A stretch of 64,000 nucleotides of DNA from Eutreptiella sp. 'Long Island Sound 2002' (GCA_964036045.1 OZ038379.1:26536001-26600000), one strand, 5' to 3'; shown: positions 33,884 to 45,533, counted from the stretch's first letter. The notes: generated by a model not told the origin, from the sequence alone. Translations and numbers: made by a program.

Positions 33884-35309
33884 TGTGGCACATGACAATG
33901 TAACTCCCTGAAAATAGTGAGCACATGATTCCAGGGAGCGAATGCTTTACTGCTCTATTGCTTATACTGCTTTTGTTCCGGCACAGTCACCCCAATGACG
34001 GGCGATCTGCATGTGCTGTGCGCAAACTTCCCCCAGCATCATCATTAGATTCCAGACCAAATAGTTGTTTGAGCATGGCCCTTCGGAAGGTAACCCTTGC
34101 CCAACACATCCAATCAAGAGAGGGTGTCCTTTTTCTTCGCAAAAGACAAAGCTTATCTATGGCTCACCGTAACTGCTGGCCTGTATTGCCAGCTTTTCTG
34201 TTTCCTTGGTGCCTACCTGCTTGCTACAGGACCATAGGCACTTGCCAAGAGCGGCCTTGCAAATTGGAGCCCTCGGTCTGTCATAATCTCGACAGATGGT
34301 GCATACAGGAGTCCATAAATATATTGGCATATGCACTTTCTCGTGAAAAAAATGCTACCATCCTTTTTTGTAGAGCGATGAATAGGGATAGCAACAATAT
34401 AGCCATATACACAGAACTGGACTACTTGTTGTCCTTCAGTTTCTCCTTGCAACACCTCTGCAAAAAGGACAGAGTGTCCATTTGTTTACCCTGGCCCATC
34501 AACAGCCAACAGCAGCACTTGGAAACACATTGATCTTGTTGACGATATTCTGTAGTCCAGTCACAGGTTAAAACAAGCATCCTGCAATGCAGAATAAATG
34601 TCAATACTAAAATGAACAGATTTTCTTGCTACAAATATCAAAATTTGTCGTGCGTCCGTCGCTGATCTCAGATCTATTGCCTCCCCTCACAAGCTCAAGC
34701 ATGGGCTCCCAGGACCCATAGAGGCACCAAGCCCCTTGCTTGGGTTGACAGGAAAATGGATAGGTCTTAGTGCTTGACATAGAAAAAAATAGATAATAAT
34801 TAAAAATAATAAAATGCCTAAAAAAATAGACATTCAGAAAGTGTGCTTCAGGGTTGGGGAAACTGCTTTGGGCTATAGAAAATCCCATTCCTTTAAACAC
34901 ATTTCAGGGGGTGTTGCAAATACTCCCCTCCCAGAATTGTGCCTAGGGGTCCAAACTGCAAAGCAATTTAAAACCCCATTTTCAAAAACAACAAGGTTGG
35001 AAACCCTGACAAAAATTGCCCAGCCTACACTAAAAAGGTAGGTGAATTTCTGCATTAATATTTGTACCCTAGAGACCCACGTTAAATCCAATATGTTAAA
35101 TTTTCAATTTTAATTTTTGAAAGGTGTTAAATGTTAAACCAATAAATTTTAACGTGTTAAACGAGAACACCTAGTATTTTCTAGATTTTAAACTATTTAG
35201 GCTGTTAATTGCATGCGTATGCTAGGGTCTTGAGGCGGTTTAATGTGGTAGAATGTTGCCCAATGGGTTTGTAGAGATGTTGAATTGCCTAAGGGTTGGG
35301 TGTCCAACC

Positions 35310-35760
35310 CTTAGTCCTCTTCTTTGTGCCCACCGCCAACCCCACTCCGTACCCCCTTTTCTCTTGTGTAGCACTTGTTATGCCTTTCCCCCGAGACACT
35401 ATTCTCTATTCTCGAGCTTAGCATGACGCTTGTGCGTTTGAGTGGAGCCTTGCGGGACCCTTTGGTCTCCCAACTCCTTGGTGAGTGGGTGGCTTCATCT
35501 CCCTTGGCCCGGGCCCGATGGTCCGAGGCCACGGACGTTGGCTACCCCTCCCTTATTCGTACTAAGCAAGTGGAGGCGGTGAAACAATAAACCTCCTTCC
35601 TTTTTCCCACGCCGGATTTTATTGGGCTCCTCATGGACCTCAATGTCACAAAGACGGGGTTCTGCCACCTCTCCGAGTTCATGACCTGGCGAGGAATTGA
35701 CTATACGCCGCTACAGGCCACACTTTCCCGCGACCGATCCCAACACGGCAAGCCTTCTTG
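35310..35760 (+). repeat. Decayed ORF-bearing interspersed repeat, paralogous to 41005-41530
   Basis: Shared text ttggtctc(c/a)caactccttgg(t/c)gagtgggtgg and shared peptide LIRxxQ(V/I)E(A/V)V...LLMDL...K.GF.H..E. Both copies follow AT-rich blocks. Confidence 0.6.
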
Positions 35761-35777
35761 GACACATGGAAGGATAT

Positions 35778-36600
35778 GGGGGAATCCTTGCACTGCGCGC
35801 GCACTGCGCGCTACTTTTAGACTATGTTCCCCCGGAAGAGCCCCCAAGCACACCCCTTGGAAACGCCCTTAGAATTAGGTGACCCAAACTGCCCCAGCTC
35901 AAGAAAGTTGCAAACCACCTTCCCTTCACATAACACACATCATGCACATCCGGAAAGGCCATGAACAGCGCATTGGTCGCCACCCTCAAGAATACACAAC
36001 TGTCTTTCTGGTCCAATGTCAACTAAGTACACATTGAGAATACGCAACTTGTGTGCACAACATGACACAGTTGCAGAATCAAAGAAATGTCACACTGTCA
36101 CATGTGTGCGTGTCAATGCAATCCGTACAATATTGCAATTCACACTTGTCACACATGGACATCTTTTCATTTCAGGGTCAAACTTGGTGCAACAAAGGGC
36201 ACAAACATCCCCATCATCACCCACAAAATCCTCATCATCATTGTCCTCCTGTGTAGGTGCGGTCCATACATGTGCAGGTACGTGCCCCCATGGACCATAT
36301 GGAGGGTACCGTACCTGTCTTCGAATCAAAAATTGCTGCAAATGCAAGAGTACATGCACGTACTCATGCAACTCCGTACCGGATCCCCTCCATATGTTCC
36401 TTACGATGCCCTAGTGCCACATGCGTGCAAACAAGTGCTCAATGCGTGCCCTATAGAAACCATGAACATCGTTGTACTCCTTTTGCCGCTCGGTCAACGT
36501 CTTTCGACCGATAAATGGCCATGCCACATGGAGGCGCCCCTCGTATGCACCATCCATGGAGCCAATCTCATAATCAATATAATGCCCCTTGCTCCTAACC
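35778..36600 (-). mobile_element. Internally deleted PIF/Harbinger element retaining the transposase C-terminal DDE region
   Basis: Left end GGGGGAATCCTTGCACTGCG at 35778 matches the ends at 14217 and 15651. Minus strand reads SMDGAYEG..HVAWPFIG..LTERQKEYNDVHGFYRARIEHLFARMWH*GIVRNIW (DDE_Tnp_4-type D..Y, LT..Q..YN..H...R..IE), in frame through one TAG. Confidence 0.85.
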
Positions 36601-36725
36601 CCAAACCCCAACTCGAGGGGCCACGCCGAAGCGTGGATTGTGAGTCCCTAACCCCAACTCGAGGGGCCACACCGAAGCGTGGATTGTGAGTCCCTAACCC
36701 CAACTCGAGGGGCCACGCCGAAGCG
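36600..36725 (+). repeat. 48-bp tandem repeat, about 3 copies
   Basis: Same unit as 27345-27645. Confidence 0.9.
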
Positions 36726-37905
36726 TGGATTCAAAGATTGTCCCGGTTTCCTCCATAGCACCGGAAGGTTGGGGCCCAAAAGAGGGCGGAAATGCTACGT
36801 CACCCCTGCATTCTCGGGGGTCCCCAAAAGAAGGGGAACAAAATCAGAAGTCAAAACCTAGGCCAAGGGTCACCATGATGCACCACGCAACAAAGCGTGG
36901 ATTCAAAGATTGTCCCGGTTTCCTCAATAGCACCGGAAGGTTGGGGCCCAAAAGAGGGCGGAAATGCTACGTCACCCCTGCATTCTCAGGGGTCCCCAAA
37001 AGAAGGGGAACAAAATCAGAAGTCAAAACCTAGGCCAAGGGTAACCATCATGCACCACGCAACAAAGCGTGGATTCAAAGATTGTCCCGGTTTCCTCAAT
37101 AGCACCGGAAGGTTGGGGCCCAAAAGAGGGCGGAAATGCTACGTCACCCCTGCATTCTCGGGGGTCCCCAAAAGAAGGGGAACAAAATCAGAAGTCAAAA
37201 CCTAGGCCAAGGGTCACCATGATGCACCACGCAACAAAGCGTGGATTCAAAGATTGTCCCGGTTTCCTCAATAGCACCGGAAGGTTGGGGCCCAAAAGAG
37301 GGCGGAAATGCTACGTCACCCCTGCATTCTCAGGGGTCCCCAAAAGAAGGGGAACAAAATCAGAAGTCAAAACCTAGGCCAAGGGTCACCATCATGCACC
37401 ACGCAACAAAGCGTGGATTCAAAGATTGTCCCGGTTTCCTCAATAGCACCGGAAGGTTGGGGCCCAAAAGAGGGCGGAAATGCTACGTCACCCCTGCATT
37501 CTCGGGGGTCCCCAAAAGAAGGGGAACAAAATCAGAAGTCAAAACCTAGGCCAAGGGTCACCATCATGCACCACGCAACAAAGCGTGGATTCAAAGATTG
37601 TCCCGGTTTCCTCAATAGCACCGGAAGGTTGGGGCCCAAAAGAGGGCGGAAATGCTACGTCACCCCTGCATTCTCGGGGGTCCCCAAAAGAAGGGGAACA
37701 AAATCAGAAGTCAAAACCTAGGCCAAGGGTCACCATGATGCACCACGCAACAAAGCGTGGATTCAAAGATTGTCCCGGTTTCCTCAATAGCACCGGAAGG
37801 TTGGGGCCCAAAAGAGGGCGGAAATGCTACGTCACCCCTGCATTCTCGGGGGTCCCCAAAAGAAGGGGAACAAAATCAGAAGTCAAATCCTACGCTAGGG
37901 GTCAC
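36721..37905 (+). repeat. 172-bp tandem array, 7 copies (last partial)
   Basis: Units start at 36721, 36893, 37065, 37237, 37409, 37581 and 37753; near-identical ORFs recur at 172-bp multiples in the ORF track. Confidence 0.97.
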
Positions 37906-38074
37906 CGGGGATGCGTGCCCGTGTGCCGGTGGGAGTTGGACCCAATTGTCTATTGGGCTCCTCAACCACGGCAAACGGGGCCGCACACCCGCCTACTTGT
38001 GGGTCATCGGGATGGCTGTGTGCGGCGACAAAGACATGGCCGCTTTGGCCACTATTTGGGCCGAGAACCCTCAG
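37906..38074 (+). mobile_element. Upstream exon remnant of a RAG1/Transib-like transposase
   Basis: SWTQLSIGLLNHGKRGRTPAYLWVIGMAVCGDKDMAALATIWAENPQ ends at a phase-0 donor CAG|GTACTT (38074/38075). The 162-nt AT-richer intron ends ttttgtAG at 38236. Confidence 0.55.
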
Positions 38075-38236
38075 GTACTTGGCGCTTTTGTGTTGCATTG
38101 AATTCGGGCTCGCTTCGGTTCAAAGTTCCTCGTTTAAAAGCGAAAAATTGCTTAAAATTTAAGCCGAACGAAATTTGATGCTAAAATTTAAGCAAAAAAG
38201 TGATGCCCGGATATCAATGCACACACTCTTTTGTAG

Positions 38237-38962
38237 GTGTTGCAGTCGATTCACGACTGCAAAAGTTTCTGTTGGGCATCCACTTGGGTGCCTGCTGCGC
38301 TGGTCCTTGGGGGTGACCAGCCGTTTATTTGCCGCCTCATTGGGGTCTCCACATCACCCCAAGTGGGGTCTATTTACAATATGGGGGTGTGGGGCAAGGC
38401 GGCGGCGGCGTGGTTGCGGGTGGACGTGCGCCGGACTTTGGACAACGAGGCGGCCGCCCGTCACCAATATCAGGTAACGGGTCGGAGCTTGGATAATGAG
38501 GGGTGCATAGCGGAACCTCACATCGTGGTTGACCGGTGTTGGGTTTTCCTATGCATCCTCCAATGTTGCATGGCCATTGGCCGGCTGCAAGTCGCTTTTG
38601 TTGAGGCGCGCCTAGAGTCACTCCCGAAGGAGAATGCGGAGGCCGTGCAACGGTTGTTGTACCGGGCACGCACGGGGGTGAAGCTGGGTGCCACCGCCGC
38701 ACCCGATGGGGAGGAGGCCAGGGCCCTCTTTCTTGCATGGGAGGAGATGGGCCCACTATTGGCCTACGCGCCGGAGGACCCCGAATGGCAAGCCGTTGTT
38801 GCCATGAGGGATCTACGTCGGGACTTGTACTGCGACACGCCCCCTCTCAATGACCTGGGGGCATCTGCTGTTGCGCAGCAGTACTGTGCACATTGCTACA
38901 AAGCCGCCTGCCAGTCCAACTACCTCCTCTACCTGGAGGAGGATGTGACCACGGCGGTCTAA
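38237..38962 (+). mobile_element. RAG1/Transib/Chapaev-like DDE transposase core, 3'-truncated
   Basis: In order: VLGGDQPFICRLIG, DVRRT, EGCIAEPHI, LCILQCCMAIGRL, APDGEEARALF, QSNYLLYLEEDV. These parallel RAG1 GTGYDEKLVREVEG, SITRS, KGVSAKPFI, DALHCDIGN, MNGNFARKLM, TNYFHKTLAHV and Transib NDGNTARRFF. The final catalytic Glu region is absent. Confidence 0.65.
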
Positions 38963-40117
38963 TATTAAGGTTAATTTTTGAATCGTTGTTAATGTTAACG
39001 AGTTGTGACGTATTAACCTATGAGTATTAAATGCAAATATTGACCAATGATGAAACACCCAAATGCATCCCCACACACAATAAACCTCGGGGGCCGCCTC
39101 CAATCAATGGTGTCCACTAGTGCGGTATGTGAGTGAGCCAACAATAGAAGTGGTCAATGAAAGGGCCATACAACGCGAAATAACAAACCTTCCGACTTCA
39201 TCACCTCCTGCTGCTTGTTGATTTTCTTTACCTGCTGAGTTGTCTCCTCGAACCACTTATCCGGTGCCCCAATAGCAATGGGTGTCAAGCAAACACCATT
39301 GGCAAGGAGGGGAAGCTCTCCTTCAAAATCAACAGGCAATGCCATCTGCTAGGCAGCATACCGTCGGAGACTCTTGGGAGGGAGACTAGTGCAACCCCAA
39401 AGACAGATGGTCTACCATGCACAATACGCAAGCAACGAAGCCGGCATACGCAAGCAGTGAAGCTGGCATTAGCAGATTGGGCTGGACAAGCCAACAAGAA
39501 GCAGGGAAAACCATCAACATGAGGTTGGCAGAGTTAGTAGGCACACTCGTGGAACGCACAAGCAGTTTGTACTAGCAGCGGACATGCTTATGCGTTAGGG
39601 GTAGCTCACCACCATACAAGGCGGATGCTAGAATATGCCGGGCTACAAAAGCACCACATGCACAATGTAGCAAGTGTACGGATTCGCTCCTCCTTCAGGA
39701 ACAATTCTTCCTCACCGCTGTAGTGTAGCGCAATCTTGCTCTTCTCCCATGTCCCCAACACATGTTGCTGCTCCTTTAGCGAGGTTGCTTGCAACCTGGA
39801 ATTCGTCTTATAAATGATGCAAGGAGTGCCATCAACCACTAGCTTACCACCCAAAACAATAGGGATCACATCCTCATGACCATCATTCCCCATTTCAATG
39901 CAATGTGATTGTTTCCACCTTGTCCTTACACAAGTGCGCCATCCAGTTCTTGTCGTGCACAAGTAGCTCCAACACCCCGACGAGCAGCTACGCGCCAAGA
40001 GGCAAGGACGACCTTCGGCCCGGGCGATGATGGCCCACCCACGCCCACCCCCAGGAAGACCGATGGCACCAATGCAGCCCCAAGCCCCAGATGATGGCAA
40101 CCGGAGCGGGCACCCTC

Positions 40118-40320
40118 TGCTTCAACTGTGGGGGTCGAGGGCACATCGCGCGCTTATGCCCATGGAAGTCGCCTGGGGGACACGTTCAGCAAATGGGGCC
40201 CCACCCTCTGGGTGAACCACAACCAAGCCTATGACATGAACGCACCACCGCCGGCCCCTTATAACAAATGTGGGCAGATGCATTGGGCCCAGTTCCCATG
40301 TCCCCAACCAGAGTCGGGAG
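40118..40320 (+). mobile_element. Gag-like CCHC zinc knuckle remnant (LTR retrotransposon)
   Basis: CFNCGGRGHIARLC (40118-40159) is an exact CX2CX4HX4C. A second decayed knuckle PYNKCGQMHWAQFPC follows at about 40255-40300. Confidence 0.75.
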
Positions 40321-41004
40321 CAGTCACTAACTCCAACACACACCAGCCTGCGAGCACGAGCGCACTGGGGGCTGATTGGAGTGCAACGTTGTCCTAGGTT
40401 GCCACCCAAGACAACGAGCCTCCCCATGTCATGTCCAATAATAGGCTCTTCCGCAAATTCACATGCATTAGGAGGGTCCCGAACTTGGCCTTCTGCAGTT
40501 GTTCCATCATTGGCTATAGTTGTTCCCTCCATGCCACTACAACTATGCCCTTTTGGTCCCAGGTCCACCAGTGGTCGTCAAGTGCCATCACACGTTTGAC
40601 ACTACTCTCTGTGCCTGTAGACGAGAATCATGTTCTGACCATTGGTGCACACACATTCAACTAGAGAACACTATTGAAAGCTGCCATGCATGGGGGTAGG
40701 AGGACTCGTGAACTAACTCTAAACTGCCACATTGCATCATATGGATCGTGTTCCACAAGGTCCGCGGCTAGCAGTAGAGAGGGTTGCAAACCAATGGTTC
40801 CCCGTCAATGCAAGCATCAGACATACTGTAGAGGACCGGATTAAAAGTAAAATGGTTGATTTTACTTTTTAATGTATCAAAAGGTTCATTTATCAAAGAT
40901 CGAAAAATTAACAAGTTAACCCCATTTGGGGTTATTTGCAACCCTTTGGTCATGTGCATATTGTGGCCGCCATGGGTTTCTAGTTGTTGAGTTGGGTATG
41001 TAGG

Positions 41005-41530
41005 TCCTCACCCCCCTCTCCGGGCCCACCACCCACCCCACTCTGCACCACCCTTTTCCATTGTGTAGCTCATGCTATGCCTTTCCCGCAGGAGAGCTAA
41101 GTATGACATGTTTGAGTGGTTCCAAGAGTTTGCGCGACGCTTTGGTCTCACAACTCCTTGGCGAGTGGGTGGTTTCATCCCCTTTGGCCAAGGCCTGATG
41201 GGCCGAAGCCTGACGAACTCCCCCTCATTCGCAATCAACAAATAGAGGTGGTGAGGCATTGTGCCTCTCTTCTCTTTCCGGTGCCTCACTTCATCACGCT
41301 CCTCATGGACTTGGGCGCCCACAAGGGCGGCTTCCAACACGTGCCAGAGTACAAGACCCACTAGGGTGCCAGCAACACCGCCGCAACGGGCCTCCCATCC
41401 CCCCCGGCCTCTCCTCACTCGGCAACAATTCATGGCCACTTACAAGGAGTTGGCGGAGCCCCTTGAGTTGGAGCTAGTGTCCATTGCCGACCTCCCTACG
41501 AGTTGCTGCAATTGGCCACTACAACTTGGG
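41005..41530 (+). repeat. Second copy of the decayed ORF-bearing repeat seen at 35310-35760
   Basis: LPLIRNQQIEVVRHCASLLFPVPHFITLLMDLGAHKGGFQHVPEYKTH; DNA similarity to 35310-35760. Confidence 0.6.
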
Positions 41531-41844
41531 GTGTACCGGGGGGGGGGGGGGGTTTAATCTAAGAGGTTTTTTTTTCGGATGACCAAAATTAAGGGGGGGG
41601 GGAATTGTTATTGCTCCTTAGAAATGAAGGAAAATTTTGGTATGAGGCCCCTTGCTGCTGCTTCCTAGTGGATGTTCATTGTGGATTCCGGGTGGGCTCT
41701 AGATGGTTGCTGTTATTTCCTGGTGGGCTCTGGATGGTTACTGATATTTCCTGGTGGGCTCGTAGCATCCATGTCCTGGGGGTGCATGCACATGCAAACA
41801 TGCAGACATAAAAAAGACCAAAAAAGCGAAGCTAAAAAAAATGC

Positions 41845-41918
41845 AGACACCAGGGTTTTGAACCCAGGACCCTTGGAATTAGAACCTAGTACAACTACCA
41901 ACTAAGCTATATCGGATC
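41845..41918 (-). other. tRNA-derived sequence, possibly from tRNA-Arg(TCT)
   Basis: TAGCTTAGTTGGTAG (A box) ... GGTTCTAATTCC ... CCTGGGTTCAAAACC (B box). Stems imperfect, so not a functional tRNA. Confidence 0.55.
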
Positions 41919-44879
41919 TGCCGGAATTTGAACATCAGATTGTGAATGTCATAGGGGAAAAAAAAGGGTGAGTGTCCTTATGGCACCCCCTGACACAATA
42001 TGGCACAACGAATCCGTAAAATTGAAGGAAATATTTGGTACGAGGGAGGGCTTCGAAATTTGTCCAAATCAATTTTTTCACCGCCTAATTAAAGCCCCCC
42101 CCCCCCCCGGTACTGACTTGGCAAAGAATACCACCTTTGTTGTGCTTGGTCCTTGCATGCAAATTGCCTGCAAATACTTGTACGGTTGTCACTCCTTCAC
42201 CCATGTGCTAGCCGTGTTTGCCACATTTTGGTACCCCATTTGTAGTGAAATGTGTTTGGCAGCACGTGGTGGTTTATTTCTAAGCCCAAGCTCCAAAAAT
42301 GGATTTCGTTGTTGAAACCATGTGGCACAAACCAGCCTCATTATTTTGGCCTCTTGGCCTATTCTTTATTTTTTTGGCTCAGACCAAGATGAGCTGGCGT
42401 AGCTTGCTCACTTCACAGTACTCGAGGTAACCCCTCGGAATCAAGGTTCAGAGCTGTCCAGTGCTACAATGATCCCACAAATGACTGTGGTAGCGGATCT
42501 GACACGTAGTGAGGATTTGCTGAGTTTGAAACCAGGTTATGCAGTGGGAGACTGCCACGCCCGTAGGCTTCCCAGTGTGCATGAGGCACAATGACCGTAG
42601 GCTGAAGAAAACAGCGGTGTGAAGACTGAAGGCCGAGATGAATCAGCAGGTTGCATGTCATACGCTATCAGAGAGGTAGGGGGAAGGCAATTCAGGCACA
42701 ACTGGTCACTATGTGCGTGGGGCAGGGAGTACTGCTGTGGTGGTCGGTGCCACGCAAGAGAGGACTAAGAAGGTAGGAAAAACACAAGCAGGGTTACGGC
42801 GCGCTGAGGAGTGGCATTCCACACATTATTTTGGCCTCTTGGCCTATTCTCTCTTGTTGGTGGTATTTCACACTCACAAAGCGGCAACAAGATACCGCTC
42901 TGGCGGTAATGTTGAATGCCCAAGATTCTGTTGCACACAGGTTCCCACATGTTCAACAAGGTTTTTGTACATGGTATCCTAGATTTCGAACATGCGTTTT
43001 GGCAATGTTCTAGTGACACGTTCTAGTCTTGTCTAGTGAGCAAAGCGACCACACGTGTCACTCACCAAAAGAACAGTAGAACACTTGACTAGAGTGCCAG
43101 AAGAAAATTTTGAATTTTGTAATACCATCTTTCCATGTTTGTGTCACTATTTTCTTTGAACAAACTTTTGATCATGTGACCCCTTGTATGTGAATAGAAC
43201 TTGTTGAAAATTTGTGTTGATTTGTTTGATTCACCATGCACGCCCTTCGCTCATCTTTTAAGCGGTCCCCGCAGCACAACCGGCGGCGGGAGCTTCAGGT
43301 TCAGGCTCGGGGGAAGTTGCTGCTGATATGGGCTGTATGCCAGCGGACAGGCTGCTTGGGCTGTTGCAGTCCCAGCAGGAGGCAATAAACAACTCCGAGC
43401 GTGGATGGAGGCCATGGCGGTGGCAGAGTGCTGGGCGGTCCAGCACTTGACAGCTGCAGTGGTTGAGCAGTTCTTGGGTGGGGACAAGGTGGCCAATTGG
43501 ATGCGGCAATCCGGAGAAGCGCTTTGGGATTATTTGCACTCCTCCGATTCCGCGCCCCGTCCGGCTGTCTGATGTGCTGGGCAAAGCGCTGCAGTGCCCC
43601 AGAGGGTCCAAGCTTGCCTAGCGCGTCTTGGGTGTGATTTTGGACTTGCAGTCCGCCTACAACCAACGCTGTCATGCTGCAGTCACATGGATGCAGATGC
43701 ATGCAGAGCATGCATCTGCCACAGAGGAGGACAGGGACACATCTGCTGGCCACAATCCCAAGCAGAACTGGCTGAGGGCCCAAAAGGCGAATTTTGGAGG
43801 GGTCAACCCTGATGTAAAGAGTAAACTGGGCATGGAAAGGCATACCACGGGTAGGTCAGCCCACACACTGCAAAAGACCATGGGCCCTGTGTAGACAGGG
43901 GCAGACACCCCCATGTAAATATCAATGCAATCTTGTCCATCACAATTATGGCTACCATCACATGCCGCCGCATCTCAAGGCAGGGAGATTCGCTATTTGT
44001 GCTCAGCATACGATTGCACCTGGTGCAATTGGGCTGCAGACCGCAACAAAGACAAAGAATACACCAAGAAACAGGGGTCACATGGGGAGGGTCGGTGCAG
44101 AAAAAGATAAGGAAACAAGTGATCCGCAAACCAGCATACTGGGCAAAGCCTGCTCGGTGGGGAGGGTCGGGCAGAGACTGGTTCGAAGGATGTCAGGGAG
44201 GGGGCGGGACTGCTCCACCCAGGCTGTTGGGTATCGTGTGATACAACGGGTGCCCAGCGCAATGTCTCTGGTGCGAGCTGCTTTTGGTGATCGAGGTTAT
44301 TTTTGGGTGGGTGGGTGGGTTGCAGTTGAGTCAGTGAGAGTGGAATGGCCATCCCACTCTCCACCATTGCCGCATACTGCCCCTGTGGCGTCCACTCCCC
44401 TCCCAGCTGGCAGGCGGTCATTCCCCATCCAGTTTGGAGGGTACTGCTGATCCCTGATGACGGGGGTAGGGTCTGAAGTCAGGCCGCGGATTCCCATAAA
44501 TGATGATGGGCCCTGAATGGTCAGATGTCATCGCACAGAGCTGGGGCCAGACATAGCAGGGACCAACGCGTACTCTCCCTGGGCCCCAGAGCAGTCGTGT
44601 TTTCCTGTGTCTTCCCTGGCGTACTGCCCCCTACACTAAAACTCTCCAAGGTACCATCTGAGCACGGCCCAAACAGTGTACTGACTGCCGGTGAATACAA
44701 GGCTTCGGGCATACTCTGCGTGTGGAGAGGGAGGGTTGATAAAAGATGGGGGTCCAGCAGGGGGAAGGGATGGAGGTTGGCCGAAAAATCAAACCTCTCG
44801 CTGTACCTCAAAATCGTGAATTTTTGGAATCCTGTTGAAAATATTGTCAGATCACGGCAGGCACAAGAAACCATCAGCT

Positions 44880-45375
44880 GTTGAGCGAATAACTTTCCCT
44901 GAGATTTTGGGATTTTGAGCAGCAATTTTTTCTGCTGGGCCCCAAGACCCTGGTGCCGAATGGAGGCTCCACAAGAGACATCTGCAGTTCGTGGTCGGTT
45001 TAAGCTGAAACGTCTGAAAAATCGCGAGTTCATCGCCCTCGGCACACTTTCAGCGAATTGCTTTGCAGTACCAATTGTTTAGAGTGGATAAATGCGCATC
45101 CAATGAGGTGGCAAGGCTTTGTGGATGCGCGAGCAAAGCAACCAAGAGTGGACTTAAAGGACCCGCATATTGTGATGCACATTGCAACTGCGTTGTCAAC
45201 GGTCAAGGGTCAACGAGCTCACGAGATCCTGTTCGGAAAGGCAGCAACAGAAAGTTGGCCGACATGGTTCAACACCAGTGGATGGGCAGACCCAGCTCGG
45301 CTCGTGGGAGCAAGCCTGGCCGAAAATTTGCGGAGGAAATTTAGATGCGGAACGCACCATTTCTTCTGCAAGCAG
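44880..45375 (+). pseudogene. Protein-like decayed frame of unknown family ending at a splice donor
   Basis: LCSTNCLEWINAHPMRWQGFVDARAK...LRRKFRCGTHHFFCKQ ends at phase-0 CAG|GTACTG (45375/45376). One upstream in-frame stop. Confidence 0.35.
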
Positions 45376-45533
45376 GTACTGTATACAGGTGGGCTATGCA
45401 CAGGGGTACTGCACACAGGGGGATTGCACACGTGGGGCTGTTCACATTGGGACTGCACGCGTTGGGACAGGACACAGCGGAGTGCACAGGGGGACTGCAC
45501 ACGTTGGAAGACACGTAGAGTCCGCTTCCGTGT

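Noticed and set aside
27345-37905. 48-bp and 172-bp arrays as CRISPR arrays
   Set aside because: Units are contiguous with no unique spacers, there are no cas-like ORFs, and the context is eukaryotic.
39100-40660. Minus-strand fragments as a defined LINE (HILASALYGGE, KGIVVVAWREQL)
   Set aside because: Only faint motif resemblance across several broken frames, interrupted by the gag knuckle; not enough to annotate.
11218-41918. Four tRNA-like sequences as functional tRNA genes
   Set aside because: Anticodon arms and acceptor stems are imperfect (8-nt loops, mismatches), so they are recorded as tRNA-derived only.
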